From positions 2,208,001-2,272,000 of the forward strand of contig CAUVXB020000002.1 in the NCBI GenBank assembly GCA_963555825.3: 64,000 nt of DNA, written 5' to 3'. Below, in pieces: positions 18,348 through 28,728 of the stretch. The notes below the pieces were generated by a model. It was not told the DNA's origin. It saw only the letters and a list, made by a program, of their open reading frames with translations, and made no database searches. Origin of the DNA: Alphaproteobacteria bacterium (GTDB lineage: Bacteria > Pseudomonadota > Alphaproteobacteria > JAAXGF01). The stretch's first letter is position 1, and each line of letters starts with the position of its first letter. A program made the translations under genes and the position numbers.

Positions 18348-18981
18348 ATGCTGGTTCTCTACTACGCTCCGGACACCTGCGCCCTTGCATCTCATATCGC
18401 GCTCGAAGATGCGGGCGCGGAGTACCGTCTCCGTCGCATCGATTTCGAAAATGAAGAACAACGCGGCCCAGACTATCTGGCGATCAATCCGAAAGGGCGT
18501 GTCCCGGCTCTTGTGGCCACGCGCGGCGTCCTAACGGAGACGCCTGTAATGCTTGCGTATGTGGCCCAGTTTGTATCCCGCCGCACGACTCGCGCCGCTC
18601 GGTGATCCCTTCGCCTTCGGTCAGCTTCAAGCGTTCAACAGCTATGTCTGTTCGACGTTGCATGTGGCGCACGCGCATCGGATGCGCGGCGACCGGTGGG
18701 TCGACGAACCGAAGGCCATCGCCGCGATGCGGCGCAAGGTCCCGGATTCAGTCAGCGCTTGTTACGCATACATCGAAGAGCAGGCGTTCGTCGGTCCGTT
18801 TGTCATGGGCGAGAGCTATACGATCGCCGATCCTTACCTGTTCACCGTCGCACAATGGATCGAGGCCGATGGCGTCGATCCGGCGCAATTTCCGAAAGTT
18901 GCGGCGCATCGTGAAATGATGCGGCAGCGAAAGTCGGTTCAAACCGCGCTTCGCGCAGAGTTCGAGGGGGCTGGAGCATAA
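18348..18981 (+). pseudogene. Glutathione S-transferase, frameshifted
   Basis: N-half (YLAINPKGRVPAL) and C-half (YTIADPYLFT) in different frames; extra T in CAGTTTGTATCCC at ~18570. Confidence 0.8.
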
Positions 18982-19194
18982 TTCTGTCGTGCATGAACGC
19001 CTACTTTGCTTCGGGAGCTTTGCAATTCCTCTTCGTCCGGTCCCGGCCAGGACCGGTCATTCAGAGGGCGGCTCGCGCGGGTCCGCTTGCCGCCTGGACA
19101 CGGGCATCGGCGAGCCGGTTTCTCGTGTTCCCGACGATGCGGCCTATCGGCCGCCGTCCTGGCGCGCATTCGTCGCCTCGCGAAGGCGCCCGCG

Positions 19195-19581
19195 TCAATC
19201 GCTGTCGGCGTCGGCGAAGGCGTGGCGCGCGGCGTCCAGGGCGGTATAGGCCGCCGGCCAGCCGACATAGTAGGCCAGATGGATGATCGCCTCGGTGATC
19301 TGCTCGCGCGTCAATCCGGCGTTCAGCCCGCCGCGGATATGAAGCCGCAACGGCGCTTCCTTGCCCAGCGTCATGAGCGCCGCGATGGTCACCAGACTGC
19401 GCAGCGGCAGTTCCAATCCCGGCCGCGTCCAGACCTGACCGAACAAGAACTCATCGGACATGGCGTTGAGATCCGGTGCGATCGCCGCCGATGCATTGTT
19501 GGCGAACGCCTTGTCGAACGCTTCGCCGAACAGCCGGTCGCGTAGGGCGCGGCCAGCGTCGGAATGTTTGTTAGCAGCCAT
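19195..19581 (-). CDS. Carboxymuconolactone decarboxylase family protein
   Basis: FGQVWTRPGL, RSLVTIAAL, IIHLAYYVGWP. Confidence 0.9.
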   Translation of the reverse strand: MAANKHSDAGRALRDRLFGEAFDKAFANNASAAIAPDLNAMSDEFLFGQVWTRPGLELPLRSLVTIAALMTLGKEAPLRLHIRGGLNAGLTREQITEAIIHLAYYVGWPAAYTALDAARHAFADADSD

Positions 19582-19676
19582 GCAGTTCCCTCCATCGGTG
19601 GTCGGGTGAATCGTCGTCGCGAGGACACCCGTTCAGCCCCGACACCCGACGTGCGCGCAGAAGGTCGAGTGATGAC

Positions 19677-19840
19677 CCAGGCTAAGTGAAAACGTCATCC
19701 AATTCAGAATTTCGAGTCAGTCTGCTCGATTTCTGAAAGTTTTAGCCTGCCAAGTGACGGATTCGAATGGCACTGAGAATTCAGCGAAGGGGCATAAATC
19801 ACATCACGGGCAAATTTCCGACGTTTTCACTCCGGCCTGG
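19677..19840. mobile_element. MITE family C (164 bp)
   Basis: TIR CCAGGCTAAGTGAAAACGTC ... GACGTTTTCACTCCGGCCTGG; AT-rich non-coding interior. Confidence 0.7.
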
Positions 19841-19927
19841 ACCCCGTGCAGACTCCCTTCTGAAATAGGTTTGCAGTAGCTTACTTGCGAGCCGTGCGTA
19901 TCCGGCAGGCCGCTTGGAGGTGCAAGG

Positions 19928-20938
19928 ATGGACCCGATTACGGACGTGCGGGAGATTTCGCGGCTCGCCTATGGTTTCAAGGCGAGCAAGGCCCCGCTCG
20001 TCGGCATCGATCTCGACCTTTTCAGCAGGCTATCCGAAACCGCGAAGCAACTGTCGTCGCTTGCCGAGGAAACCGGCATCGCGGAGAACCGCCTCGAAAC
20101 GCTGCTTACGGCGTTGACCAGCCTGGGTCTTCTGGTCAAGACCGAGGGAACCTATGCCAACGCCCCGGCATGCGATGACTACCTGGTGAAGGGCAAGCCC
20201 GCCTATTTCGGCGACTATTTCGGCCTGCAGACCGACCAGTTCATCTTCCCCGCCTTCAACGATCTAGGGGCCGTGATCCGGGGCGACAGCGGTTCCAGCA
20301 TTTGGCGTGACTACGAGACTCTGATGCGGGATGCGGAAACCGCCGAGCGTTTCAGCAGGGGACAGCACGCGGGCTCTCTCGGCCCGGCGATCGCCTTATC
20401 GAAGCAGGTCGATTTCTCCGACAAAACCGCCCTGTTGGACGTGGCCGGCGGTAGCGGCGCCTTCACGATCATGCTGTGCAAGCGAAACCCGGGCCTTGCG
20501 GCCACCATCTTCGATTTTCCGACGGCGCTGCCGGTCGCCAGGCAGTTCGTCGCCGAGGCGGGCCTGGACGGACGGGTCGAATTCGTCGGTGGTAACGCGA
20601 TCACCGGGGAATGGCCGCAAGGCCACGACGCGGTCCTGATGTCATTTCTGTTCAGCGCCGTCGGTGAAGACGCCCTTCCCGTGTTGCTGGAAAAGGCCCA
20701 TGGCGCGCTTCCCGCCGGCGGCGCACTGATCGTCCACGACTTCATGGTCGAGGACGACAAAACCGGCCCCCGCGACGCCGCGCTGTGGTTCCTGACGTGC
20801 ATGTTCAATTGTCCGGAAGCCGTCGTCCTGACGCCAGATCTCGTCCAGGGACTGGTCGAGGGCGCCGGCTTCGAGAATGCCGAGGCGCGGGATTTGATCC
20901 CCGGCCTTACCAAGGTGATCGTGGCGCGCAAGCCCTGA
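19928..20938 (+). CDS. Dimerisation-domain SAM methyltransferase, DsyB-like
   Basis: FGDYFGLQ, QHAGSLGPA, LLDVAGGSGAF, LIVHDF. Confidence 0.8.
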   Translation: MDPITDVREISRLAYGFKASKAPLVGIDLDLFSRLSETAKQLSSLAEETGIAENRLETLLTALTSLGLLVKTEGTYANAPACDDYLVKGKPAYFGDYFGLQTDQFIFPAFNDLGAVIRGDSGSSIWRDYETLMRDAETAERFSRGQHAGSLGPAIALSKQVDFSDKTALLDVAGGSGAFTIMLCKRNPGLAATIFDFPTALPVARQFVAEAGLDGRVEFVGGNAITGEWPQGHDAVLMSFLFSAVGEDALPVLLEKAHGALPAGGALIVHDFMVEDDKTGPRDAALWFLTCMFNCPEAVVLTPDLVQGLVEGAGFENAEARDLIPGLTKVIVARKP

Positions 20939-21076
20939 GCAACACCCCCCGAATAGCGCGGGGTCGTGAATACCGACGGCGGCCGATCACGGCATGCGCA
21001 ACATCGTAGCTTCATCGCGGACTGACGTCGCCGATGACCCGACGCGCGATCACGACACCGGTCCCGGCGTCACGCC

Positions 21077-22444
21077 CTAGCGTGCGAGCGTGCCGGGCGG
21101 GGCGTCGCAGGCGAGCGGGATGCGCGGGTAGTAGTAGGCGAGCGTGAGCGCGCGGACCGCCATGAAGATCAGGAAGGCGAGCCACAGGCCGTGGTTGCCC
21201 CAAATCGGCATCAGCGTCCAGGTCGCCGCCAGATAGACCGCGAGCGAGACGATCATCGAGTTGCGCATCTCGGCCGAGCGCGTCGCGCCGATGAAGATGC
21301 CGTCGAACTGAAAGCTCCAGACCGAGATCAGCGGCGCGGCGATCATCCAGGGCAGCACCTCGCGCGCCGCCGCGCGCACCGCGTCGACGTCGGTCAGCAC
21401 GTCGATCACCAGCGTGCCGGCGACCAGATAGGCGGCGGTGAAGGCGACCGCCATGATCAGCGCCCAAAGCGTCGAGGCGCGCACCGTGCCGGCGAGCGCC
21501 GCGCGGTCGCGCGCGCCGACCGCGCGGCCGACCAGCGCCTCGGCCGCGTGGGCGAAGCCGTTGAGCGGGTAGGCCATGAACAAAAAGAGGTTCATCATCA
21601 CCGCGTTGGCGGCGAGCACGACGTCGCCCATCTTGGCGCCCTGCGCGGTGAGGTAGGCGAAGGCCGCGATCAGGCACAGCGTGCGCAGGAAGATGTCGCG
21701 GTTGGTGGCGAACAGGTGGCGCAGCGAGCGCCGCTCGACGATGCGCTCGAGCCGCCAACGGCCGCCCATGCGGCGCAGCGTGCCCGCGACCAGGACCAGG
21801 CCGAGCGCGAGGCCGGCGTATTCGGCGATGATGGTGGCCAGCGCGACGCCCTCGACGGCCATCCCGAGGCCGACGACGAACCACAGATCGAGCACGATGT
21901 TGACCGCGTTGATGACGACCTGCAGGACCAGCGCCGCGCGCGCGTCCTGCATGCCGAGAAACCAGCCCAAAAGCGTGAAGTTGGCGAGCGCCGCCGGCGC
22001 GCCCCAGACGCGGATCGCGAAATAGGCGCGGGCGTGCGTCTCGACCTCGGCGCTCGCCTCGAAGAAGCCCATGGCGAGACCGATGGTCGGCGTCTGCAGG
22101 GCGAGAATGGCGAGCGCGAGTGCGCCGGCGATGATCAGCGAGCGCGCCAGGGTCGCGCGCATCTCGTCGGCGTCGTCGTCGCCGTGTGCCTGGGCGGTCA
22201 GGCCGGTCGTCGCCATGCGCAGGAAGCCGAAGCCCCAATACAGGAAGGAGAAGATCATCGCGCCGACCGCGACCGCGCCGAGATAATAGGCCTCGGGTAG
22301 ATGGCCGACGACGGCGGTGTCGACCGCGCCCAACAGCGGCACCGTGACGTTGGCCGCGATCATCGGCGCGGCGAGCCGCCAGACGCGCCGGTTCCAGTCG
22401 CTGGCGGCGACAGCGCGGGATTGTGTCTGCGTGTGGGCACTCAT
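21077..22444 (-). CDS. MATE family efflux transporter (DinF-like)
   Basis: PLLGAVDTAVVGHL, FLRMATTGLTAQ, ~12 TM segments. Confidence 0.92.
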   Translation of the reverse strand: MSAHTQTQSRAVAASDWNRRVWRLAAPMIAANVTVPLLGAVDTAVVGHLPEAYYLGAVAVGAMIFSFLYWGFGFLRMATTGLTAQAHGDDDADEMRATLARSLIIAGALALAILALQTPTIGLAMGFFEASAEVETHARAYFAIRVWGAPAALANFTLLGWFLGMQDARAALVLQVVINAVNIVLDLWFVVGLGMAVEGVALATIIAEYAGLALGLVLVAGTLRRMGGRWRLERIVERRSLRHLFATNRDIFLRTLCLIAAFAYLTAQGAKMGDVVLAANAVMMNLFLFMAYPLNGFAHAAEALVGRAVGARDRAALAGTVRASTLWALIMAVAFTAAYLVAGTLVIDVLTDVDAVRAAAREVLPWMIAAPLISVWSFQFDGIFIGATRSAEMRNSMIVSLAVYLAATWTLMPIWGNHGLWLAFLIFMAVRALTLAYYYPRIPLACDAPPGTLAR

Positions 22445-22474
22445 CGGTCGCGACGCGGGTGCGGCGCCGCGGCC

Positions 22475-23098
22475 CTACGGCGCTTCGCCCGAGGGGAAGG
22501 GGGCGGGCGCCTCGAACAGCTCGGGATCGAGCGCGACGCCGAGCTGGGTGCCGACCAGCGTGATGCGCGTGACATAGCCCTGGGCGTCGACGACGATCCA
22601 TTGGCGCAGATCGAGCGGGTTGTCGGTGAACACCAAGGTGAGCGAGCCGAGTCCCGGGTTGCCGGCCTTCTCGAGCGTGACACGCAGGATCGAAGCCTCG
22701 CGCTCGACGCCTTTGACCAGCACGTCCTCGCCGAAGCGAATGTTCTCGGCGACGAACACCGACGCCGGACTGTCGCCGAGCGGCATCTGGCTGATCTGGC
22801 CGAGGTCGCTATCGATGTAGGTCAGCCATCCGTCGGTGCCGATGATCTTGACGTTGGGCGGCGGCGTGTATTCGATGCGCAGCTGGCCGGGCCGCTGGAT
22901 GTAGAGCGTGCCCTCGCTGACCGCGCCGTCGGCGGCGATCTGCACAAAGCCGGCGCGCAGCGTGTCGATGCCGTTGAGGTAGGCCTCGACGCGGCTGATC
23001 GCCTCGGCCTCTTCGGCCGGCGTCGTCGCCGAGCGCGCGTTCGCGCCGATGACGGCGAGCGCCAGCACAACGACGAGCACGCGTAGAAATCTAGTCAC
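22475..23098 (-). CDS. lolA: Outer membrane lipoprotein carrier LolA
   Basis: Signal peptide, TLRAGFVQ, GTLYIQRPGQLRIEY, LRQWIVVDAQG; downstream of ftsK; GTG start inferred. Confidence 0.8.
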   Translation of the reverse strand: MTRFLRVLVVVLALAVIGANARSATTPAEEAEAISRVEAYLNGIDTLRAGFVQIAADGAVSEGTLYIQRPGQLRIEYTPPPNVKIIGTDGWLTYIDSDLGQISQMPLGDSPASVFVAENIRFGEDVLVKGVEREASILRVTLEKAGNPGLGSLTLVFTDNPLDLRQWIVVDAQGYVTRITLVGTQLGVALDPELFEAPAPFPSGEAP

Positions 23099-23359
23099 GG
23101 CCGATCGGCCTCCGGTCCAGCGGTCAGTATTCGCCTCGGGTCCAGGCGAATGTGGGGTGCACGCCTCGTTGTAGCAACCACCGAGCGCGCGGGAAACCAT
23201 TAGTCCGGTGCTCATGACGGTCTTCCGCCTACCTTGCACAGGCGCGTCTCGGCGCCCATGAACGATAGATAAGGTCAAAATTTATGTCGTACAACGTCCG
23301 TGATTCGCATAGTATCTAAACAATTCTGTTTAGCTTCGGAAAACCCGGGAGGGGCCGAA

Positions 23360-24277
23360 ATGGCGCTCAATTGGGACGATATGCGCATCTTTCTCGCGGT
23401 CGCGCGCGAGGGCAACCTGTCGGCCGCGGCGCGCGCCCTCAAGGTGACCCAGCCGACCGTCGGGCGGCGTCTCAAGGCGGTCGAGGAACGGCTCGCGACG
23501 CGGCTGTTCGACCGCCTGCCCGACGGTTTCGCGCCGACCGCCTCGGGCGCCGCGCTGCTGCCCTTGGCCGAGGCGATGGAACGCGCGGCGGAAGCGGTCG
23601 AGCGCCGCCAAGCGAGCTTCGCCGACGCGGTGTCGGGCACGGTGCGCGTCTCGGCGGTCGAGACCATGGTGCAGTTCATCACCGCGCATCTGACGACGTT
23701 GCAGGCGAGACTCCCCGATATCGATCTCGAGCTCGTCGTGACCCACACCGATGTCAATCTGTCGAAGCGCGAAGCCGATCTGATGATACGCGAGTGCCTG
23801 CCTGACAATCCCGGCCTGATCAGCCGCAAGCTGGGCAGCTTTGCCTATGCGGTGTACGGCGAGGCGGGCTTCGTCGCCCGTCACCCGGCGGCGCGCACGC
23901 ACCGGCGCTACCGCGACTGCCCTTGGGCCGGCTACGACGAGGAGCACGCCTATTTCCTGAACCAGACCTGGCTGTTGGAGCAGCTCGACGGTGCGCTGCC
24001 GGCGGTGCGCGTCAACAACGGCCTGGTGCTGCACGATGCGGTGCGCCAGGCCGCCGGGCTCGGCGTGCTGCCTTGTTTCGCGGGCGATGGCGACGCTGCG
24101 CTGGTCCGCCTGACGCCGCCGATCCACGGCATGCTCTCGACCCAGAACCTGATCGTCCACCGCGATCTGCGCCGGGTGCCGAGCGTGCGTGCCGTGATGG
24201 ACGAGCTGGTCGCGCTGTTCACCGCCGAGGCGCCGCGCCTGCTGGGCCGCGACGAAGGCGTCCGCGAAAGCGCCTAG
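23360..24277 (+). CDS. LysR family transcriptional regulator
   Basis: WDDMRIFLAVAREGNLSAAARALKVTQPTVGRRL HTH. Confidence 0.92.
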   Translation: MALNWDDMRIFLAVAREGNLSAAARALKVTQPTVGRRLKAVEERLATRLFDRLPDGFAPTASGAALLPLAEAMERAAEAVERRQASFADAVSGTVRVSAVETMVQFITAHLTTLQARLPDIDLELVVTHTDVNLSKREADLMIRECLPDNPGLISRKLGSFAYAVYGEAGFVARHPAARTHRRYRDCPWAGYDEEHAYFLNQTWLLEQLDGALPAVRVNNGLVLHDAVRQAAGLGVLPCFAGDGDAALVRLTPPIHGMLSTQNLIVHRDLRRVPSVRAVMDELVALFTAEAPRLLGRDEGVRESA

Positions 24278-24313
24278 GGCTTAATCTGTTCGACGGGGAT
24301 CGGTCCAAATCTG

Positions 24314-24461
24314 CTAGCCCGCGCCAGTCTTATTGGGACAAGAGGCGGGCCGCCGACCGTTCGGCCAATCCTTGATCCCATAAAATCGGCTTGATACCAC
24401 AAGATTGGCATGCGCGGCGATTGAGCGCAGGTCATCTTTGCGAAGCAAAGCTGACCGCACA
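24314..24461 (+). repeat. Structured intergenic repeat family R, copy A
   Basis: Cores CCGCCGACCGTTCGGC and TGCGCGGCGATTGAGCGC plus terminal hairpin GGTCATCTTTG...CAAAGCTGACC. Confidence 0.85.
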
Positions 24462-24467
24462 AAAACT

Positions 24468-26876
24468 CTACCCCAAGTCGTTGCCGTCGATATCGCGGGC
24501 CAGTACCTCGCGCTTGCCGACGTGGTTGGCGCGGCTGATCACGCCCTCGGCTTCCATTCGCTCGATGATGCGCGCCGCCCGGTTGTAGCCGATCTGCAGG
24601 TGGCGCTGGACGAAGCTGGTCGAGGCCCTGCGTTCGCGGCAGATCAGCGCGACCGCCTGGTCATAGAGCTGATCATCGCCACCACCGGCCGCCGCGCCGA
24701 GCCCGAGAAGCGGCCGGTCAAGATCTTCCTCGGTGACCTCCTCGATGTAGTCGGGCTTGCCCTGGCTCTTGAGGAACTCCACGACCCGTTCGACCTCGAC
24801 GTCGGAGACGAAGGGGCCGTGGACGCGGGTGATGCGCCCGCCGGTCGACATGTACAGCATGTCGCCCTGCCCCAGGAGCTGCTCGGCGCCCTGCTCGCCC
24901 AGGATCGTCCGGCTGTCGATCTTCGAGGTCACCTGGAAGCTGACGCGGGTCGGGAAGTTGGCCTTGATGGTGCCGGTGATGACGTCGACCGAGGGCCGCT
25001 GCGTCGCCATGATCAGATGGATGCCGGCGGCCCGCGCCATTTGGGCGAGACGCTGGATGGCGCCCTCGACCTCCTTGCCGGCGACCAGCATAAGATCGGC
25101 CATCTCGTCGACCACGACGACGATGAACGGCAAGGTCTCGATCGGCAGTTCCTGCTCTTCGTACACCGGCTCGCCGGTCTCGGCGTCGTAGCCGGTCTGC
25201 ACCCTACGCGTCAGCATCTCACCCTTGGCGAGCGCCTCCTCGATGCGTTTGTTGTAGCCGGCGATGTTGCGCACGCCGAGCCGCGACATGGCGGTGTAGC
25301 GGTTCTCCATCTCGCGCACGGTCCAGCTCAGCGCCACCACCGCCTTGTTCGGGTCGGTGACGACCGGCGCGAGCAGATGCGGGATGTCGTCGTAGACCGA
25401 CAGTTCCAGGACCTTGGGGTCGATCATGATGAACTTGCACTGGTCGGGCGGCAGCCGATACAGCAGCGACAGGATCATGGTGTTGATCGCCACCGATTTG
25501 CCCGAGCCGGTGGTGCCGGCGATCAGGAGATGCGGCATGCGCGAGAGGTCGGTCATCACCGGCGCGCCGCCGATGTCCTTGCCGAGCGCCAGCGTCAGCC
25601 GGGCGGCCGTGCTCTCGTATTCGGGCGCCGCCAGCAGCTCGCGCAGATAGACGCTCTCACGCCGGCTGTTGGGCAACTCGATGCCGATCACGCTGCGGCC
25701 CGGGATCAGCGCGACGCGCACCGAGATCGCGCTCATCGAGCGCGCGATGTCGTCGGCCAGGCTGATCACCCGCGCCGACTTGGTGCCCGGCGCCGGCTCC
25801 AGCTCATAGAGGCTGACGACCGGGCCGGGGCGCACCTTGACGATCTCGCCGTGTACGCCGAAGTCGTCGAGCACCGCCTCCAAGAGCCGCGCGTTCTGCG
25901 CCAGCGCTTCGTCGTTGTCGGCGGTGCTCGCGCCGTGATCGGGCGGCAGGCCCAGCAGGTTCAGCGGCGGCAGCTGATATTCGCCGGGCGAGACCAGATC
26001 GAGCGTTTCCTGGCGCGCGCCGCGCCGGCCGGTCTGCGCGCGCGGCGCGACGATACGCGGCGCGTCGGGCACAGCCTCGCGCTTGACGGGGCCCAACCGG
26101 GGCCCGGTGACCGCGTCCTCGCCGCCGTCCGTTGAAGCGGGGCCACGCAGGCGCGGCTCGATGCGTTCGGCGCGCCGCGCGGCGCCGCGTCGGGCGACCA
26201 GCTCCTCGGATTCGTCGCCGCGCTTGGCGACGATATCCTTGAGGTCACGCGCGCCGCGGCCGAGCCGGCCGGCGAGCCACAAGCCGCCGCGGCCCATGCC
26301 CCGCCATTCTCCGCCGCTGAGGCCCAGCGCGGGGATCATGAGGGCGAGGGTCATCACGCCGCACAGCACGCCGACCAGCCAGGCATCGACGCCGATCATC
26401 GCCGCATGGGGCGAAACGGCGCCGAGCAGCGTCGCGCCCGCGATGCCGCCCATTCCGGCGACCGCCGAGCCGCCTTCCGGCGCGGGCAGCGCGGCGGCGG
26501 CAATCACCCCGGCGGCCAGCGCCGGCACGAGCAACGCGACGCGCAACCAGGGCCGCGTCAGCCGGCGGTGAACCAGCAGGCTCCAGCCCCAGGCGAGCGG
26601 CGCGGCGATCGGCACCAGCGCGGCGACGCCGATGGTCTGGCGCATCAGGTCGGCGATATAGGCGCCGAGCGTCCCGGCGAGGTTGCCGGCGGCCTGTCCG
26701 GCCGCCGTGTTGAGCGAGGGATCGGCGGCGTCGAAACTGAGCAGCGCGAGCGCCAGGAAACCGGCGAACATCATCAGCGCGCCGCCCGAGAGCTCGATAA
26801 GGCGGCGGCGCAGGAAGGCGGTCAGCCCGGCGGGCAGCAGCGTCGGGGTCGTGGCAGCGGTCAAACGACTGGCCAT
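24468..26876 (-). CDS. ftsK: DNA translocase FtsK
   Basis: 4TM N-terminus, [27 protein letters not shown], gamma domain QIGYNRAAR. Confidence 0.97.
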   Translation of the reverse strand: MASRLTAATTPTLLPAGLTAFLRRRLIELSGGALMMFAGFLALALLSFDAADPSLNTAAGQAAGNLAGTLGAYIADLMRQTIGVAALVPIAAPLAWGWSLLVHRRLTRPWLRVALLVPALAAGVIAAAALPAPEGGSAVAGMGGIAGATLLGAVSPHAAMIGVDAWLVGVLCGVMTLALMIPALGLSGGEWRGMGRGGLWLAGRLGRGARDLKDIVAKRGDESEELVARRGAARRAERIEPRLRGPASTDGGEDAVTGPRLGPVKREAVPDAPRIVAPRAQTGRRGARQETLDLVSPGEYQLPPLNLLGLPPDHGASTADNDEALAQNARLLEAVLDDFGVHGEIVKVRPGPVVSLYELEPAPGTKSARVISLADDIARSMSAISVRVALIPGRSVIGIELPNSRRESVYLRELLAAPEYESTAARLTLALGKDIGGAPVMTDLSRMPHLLIAGTTGSGKSVAINTMILSLLYRLPPDQCKFIMIDPKVLELSVYDDIPHLLAPVVTDPNKAVVALSWTVREMENRYTAMSRLGVRNIAGYNKRIEEALAKGEMLTRRVQTGYDAETGEPVYEEQELPIETLPFIVVVVDEMADLMLVAGKEVEGAIQRLAQMARAAGIHLIMATQRPSVDVITGTIKANFPTRVSFQVTSKIDSRTILGEQGAEQLLGQGDMLYMSTGGRITRVHGPFVSDVEVERVVEFLKSQGKPDYIEEVTEEDLDRPLLGLGAAAGGGDDQLYDQAVALICRERRASTSFVQRHLQIGYNRAARIIERMEAEGVISRANHVGKREVLARDIDGNDLG

Positions 26877-27084
26877 GGCACACTCCTCAAGCGCCCGTCG
26901 GCGAACCGATGCCGACGGGAAACAACCAAGGCAAGCCTAGCACGTCACGGATACGAATGCAAAAAAGCTATTACGAGTGTTGTGCTTAGAAGAATTTGTT
27001 GGGTTGAAACCTTAACGAAACCCTCGATCCCGCACCGATTCGGCTACCGCATAGTCCGACAAATTGGAAATTGGTCGGATTATG

Positions 27085-27212
27085 CCAGCGCGCGCCAATC
27101 TAAATGGGACAAGAGGCGCGCCGCCGACCGTTCGGCCAGCTTTGATTCCATAAGATTGGCATGCGCGGCGATTGAGCGCGGGTCATCCTTGCGACGCAAA
27201 GATGACCGGACA
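27085..27212 (+). repeat. Repeat family R, copy B
   Basis: Same cores as copy A. Confidence 0.85.
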
Positions 27213-27217
27213 ATAGG

Positions 27218-28603
27218 CTACCGTTTCGGCGTCGGTCGTGGAACGTCGGCGAGCGCCGCCTCGCAGGCCGCGCCGACCCGGAGCAGCGCGTTCTCGGTAA
27301 ACGGCCGGCCCATCAGCATCAGCCCAACCGGCAGGCCGCCGCCGTCATCGCCGCAGGGCAGCGTCAGCGCACAGGTCGCCAGCAGGTTGCCCAGGGTCGT
27401 ATTGCCCAGCGCGCGCAGGTTGGTCGCGAGATAGAGCTCGTCGTCGGCGACCAGTGGCGCGATCGGCGGCGGCGCGATCGGCACCGTCGGCGCGAGCAGC
27501 GCGGCGGCGCCCGCCATGCGGGCGTGCAGCCGGCGCGCCGCGTCGGCCAGGCCGCGACGCAGCGCCTCGAGGTCGACGGCGCTGACCTTGGCGCCCAGCC
27601 GGAACCGGTTGAGCACGTTGTGGTAGACCTTGTCGGGCTCGGCCTCGATCGCGTCGCGCCATTGGGCGTAGCCCTCGGCGGCGACCTGGGTGCCATAGCG
27701 GCCGATCAGCGCGATCGCCTCGTCGAACTCGGGCACGTCGATCCAGTCGACCTCGGCGCCGGCCGCGGCGAGGCGCTCGATCGCCACCTTGACGGCCGTC
27801 TCGACGCCAGGCTCCGTCGCGTCCCAGACCACGTTCGCGGCGACCGCCAGGCGCTGGCCGGCGAGCGTCGCACCGGCCAGATCGGCGGTCGGCCGCGCCG
27901 CCAGCACGCCGAGCATGGCGCCCGCGTCGGCGACGTCGCGCGCCAGCGGCCCGATGGTATCCAGGCTCGGCGCCAGCGGCAGCACGCCGTCGACCGGCAC
28001 CAGTCCGATCGTCGTCTTGAGACCGACGACGCCGTTCCACGACGCCGGGATGCGCACCGAACCGCCGGTATCGCTGCCGATCGCGATCGGCGCCAGGCCG
28101 CGCGCGAGCGAGACCGCGGCGCCCGAGGACGAGCCGCCCGGCGCGCGCGCGACCTCGGCGTCGAAGGGGTTGGCCGGCGTGCCGTAATGCGGGTTGATGG
28201 CCAACCCCGAGAAGGCGAATTCGGTGAGGTTGGTTTTCCCTAAGCAGACCATGCCGGCGCGCGTCGCCCGCGCCAGCACCCGCGCGTCGGCCTCGGGCAC
28301 GCGATCGGCGAAGACCGGCGAGCCGCCGGTCGTCGCGACGCCGGCGGAATCGACCAGGTCCTTCCACGAAATCGGCACGCCGTCGAGCGGGCCGATGCGC
28401 CGGCCGGCCTTGGCGCGCTCGCGCGCCGCGCCGGCCTCGGCCAGCGCGCGCTCGGGCGTGGTGCGCAGATAGATGCTGTGATCGGTGTCGGCCGCTTCGA
28501 TGCGGCCGAGGAAGTGCTCGGCCAGCGCCACCGGGTCGATGGCGCCTTCACCGATTCCGGCGCCGAGCTCGAGCGCCGTCATTTCGTGCCATGTTTGTGT
28601 CAT
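27218..28603 (-). CDS. Amidase signature family protein
   Basis: GVPISWKD, GGSSSGAA, GSDTGGSVRIPA. Confidence 0.92.
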   Translation of the reverse strand: MTQTWHEMTALELGAGIGEGAIDPVALAEHFLGRIEAADTDHSIYLRTTPERALAEAGAARERAKAGRRIGPLDGVPISWKDLVDSAGVATTGGSPVFADRVPEADARVLARATRAGMVCLGKTNLTEFAFSGLAINPHYGTPANPFDAEVARAPGGSSSGAAVSLARGLAPIAIGSDTGGSVRIPASWNGVVGLKTTIGLVPVDGVLPLAPSLDTIGPLARDVADAGAMLGVLAARPTADLAGATLAGQRLAVAANVVWDATEPGVETAVKVAIERLAAAGAEVDWIDVPEFDEAIALIGRYGTQVAAEGYAQWRDAIEAEPDKVYHNVLNRFRLGAKVSAVDLEALRRGLADAARRLHARMAGAAALLAPTVPIAPPPIAPLVADDELYLATNLRALGNTTLGNLLATCALTLPCGDDGGGLPVGLMLMGRPFTENALLRVGAACEAALADVPRPTPKR

Positions 28604-28728
28604 GCCAAGACCCTATCGCCGGGGCGCGTTTCCTGCAATCGTGCCGAGGCGACCCTTGAATGCGCGCCGGTTCGTCCCGACGTCAGCAAGAGCAGCCACG
28701 TACATCCCCCTTGACGGAAGGATCGACG

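Noticed and set aside
23265-23295. dif-like site near ftsK (ATAA...TTATGT)
   Set aside because: Spacer is not 6 bp and the arms match poorly; more likely LysR promoter DNA
24405-26135. Long antisense or alternate-frame ORFs (also 309-1661, 21012-22601, 53230-54852, 61473-62699)
   Set aside because: Shadow ORFs of high-GC genes; no family motifs and they overlap well-supported CDSs
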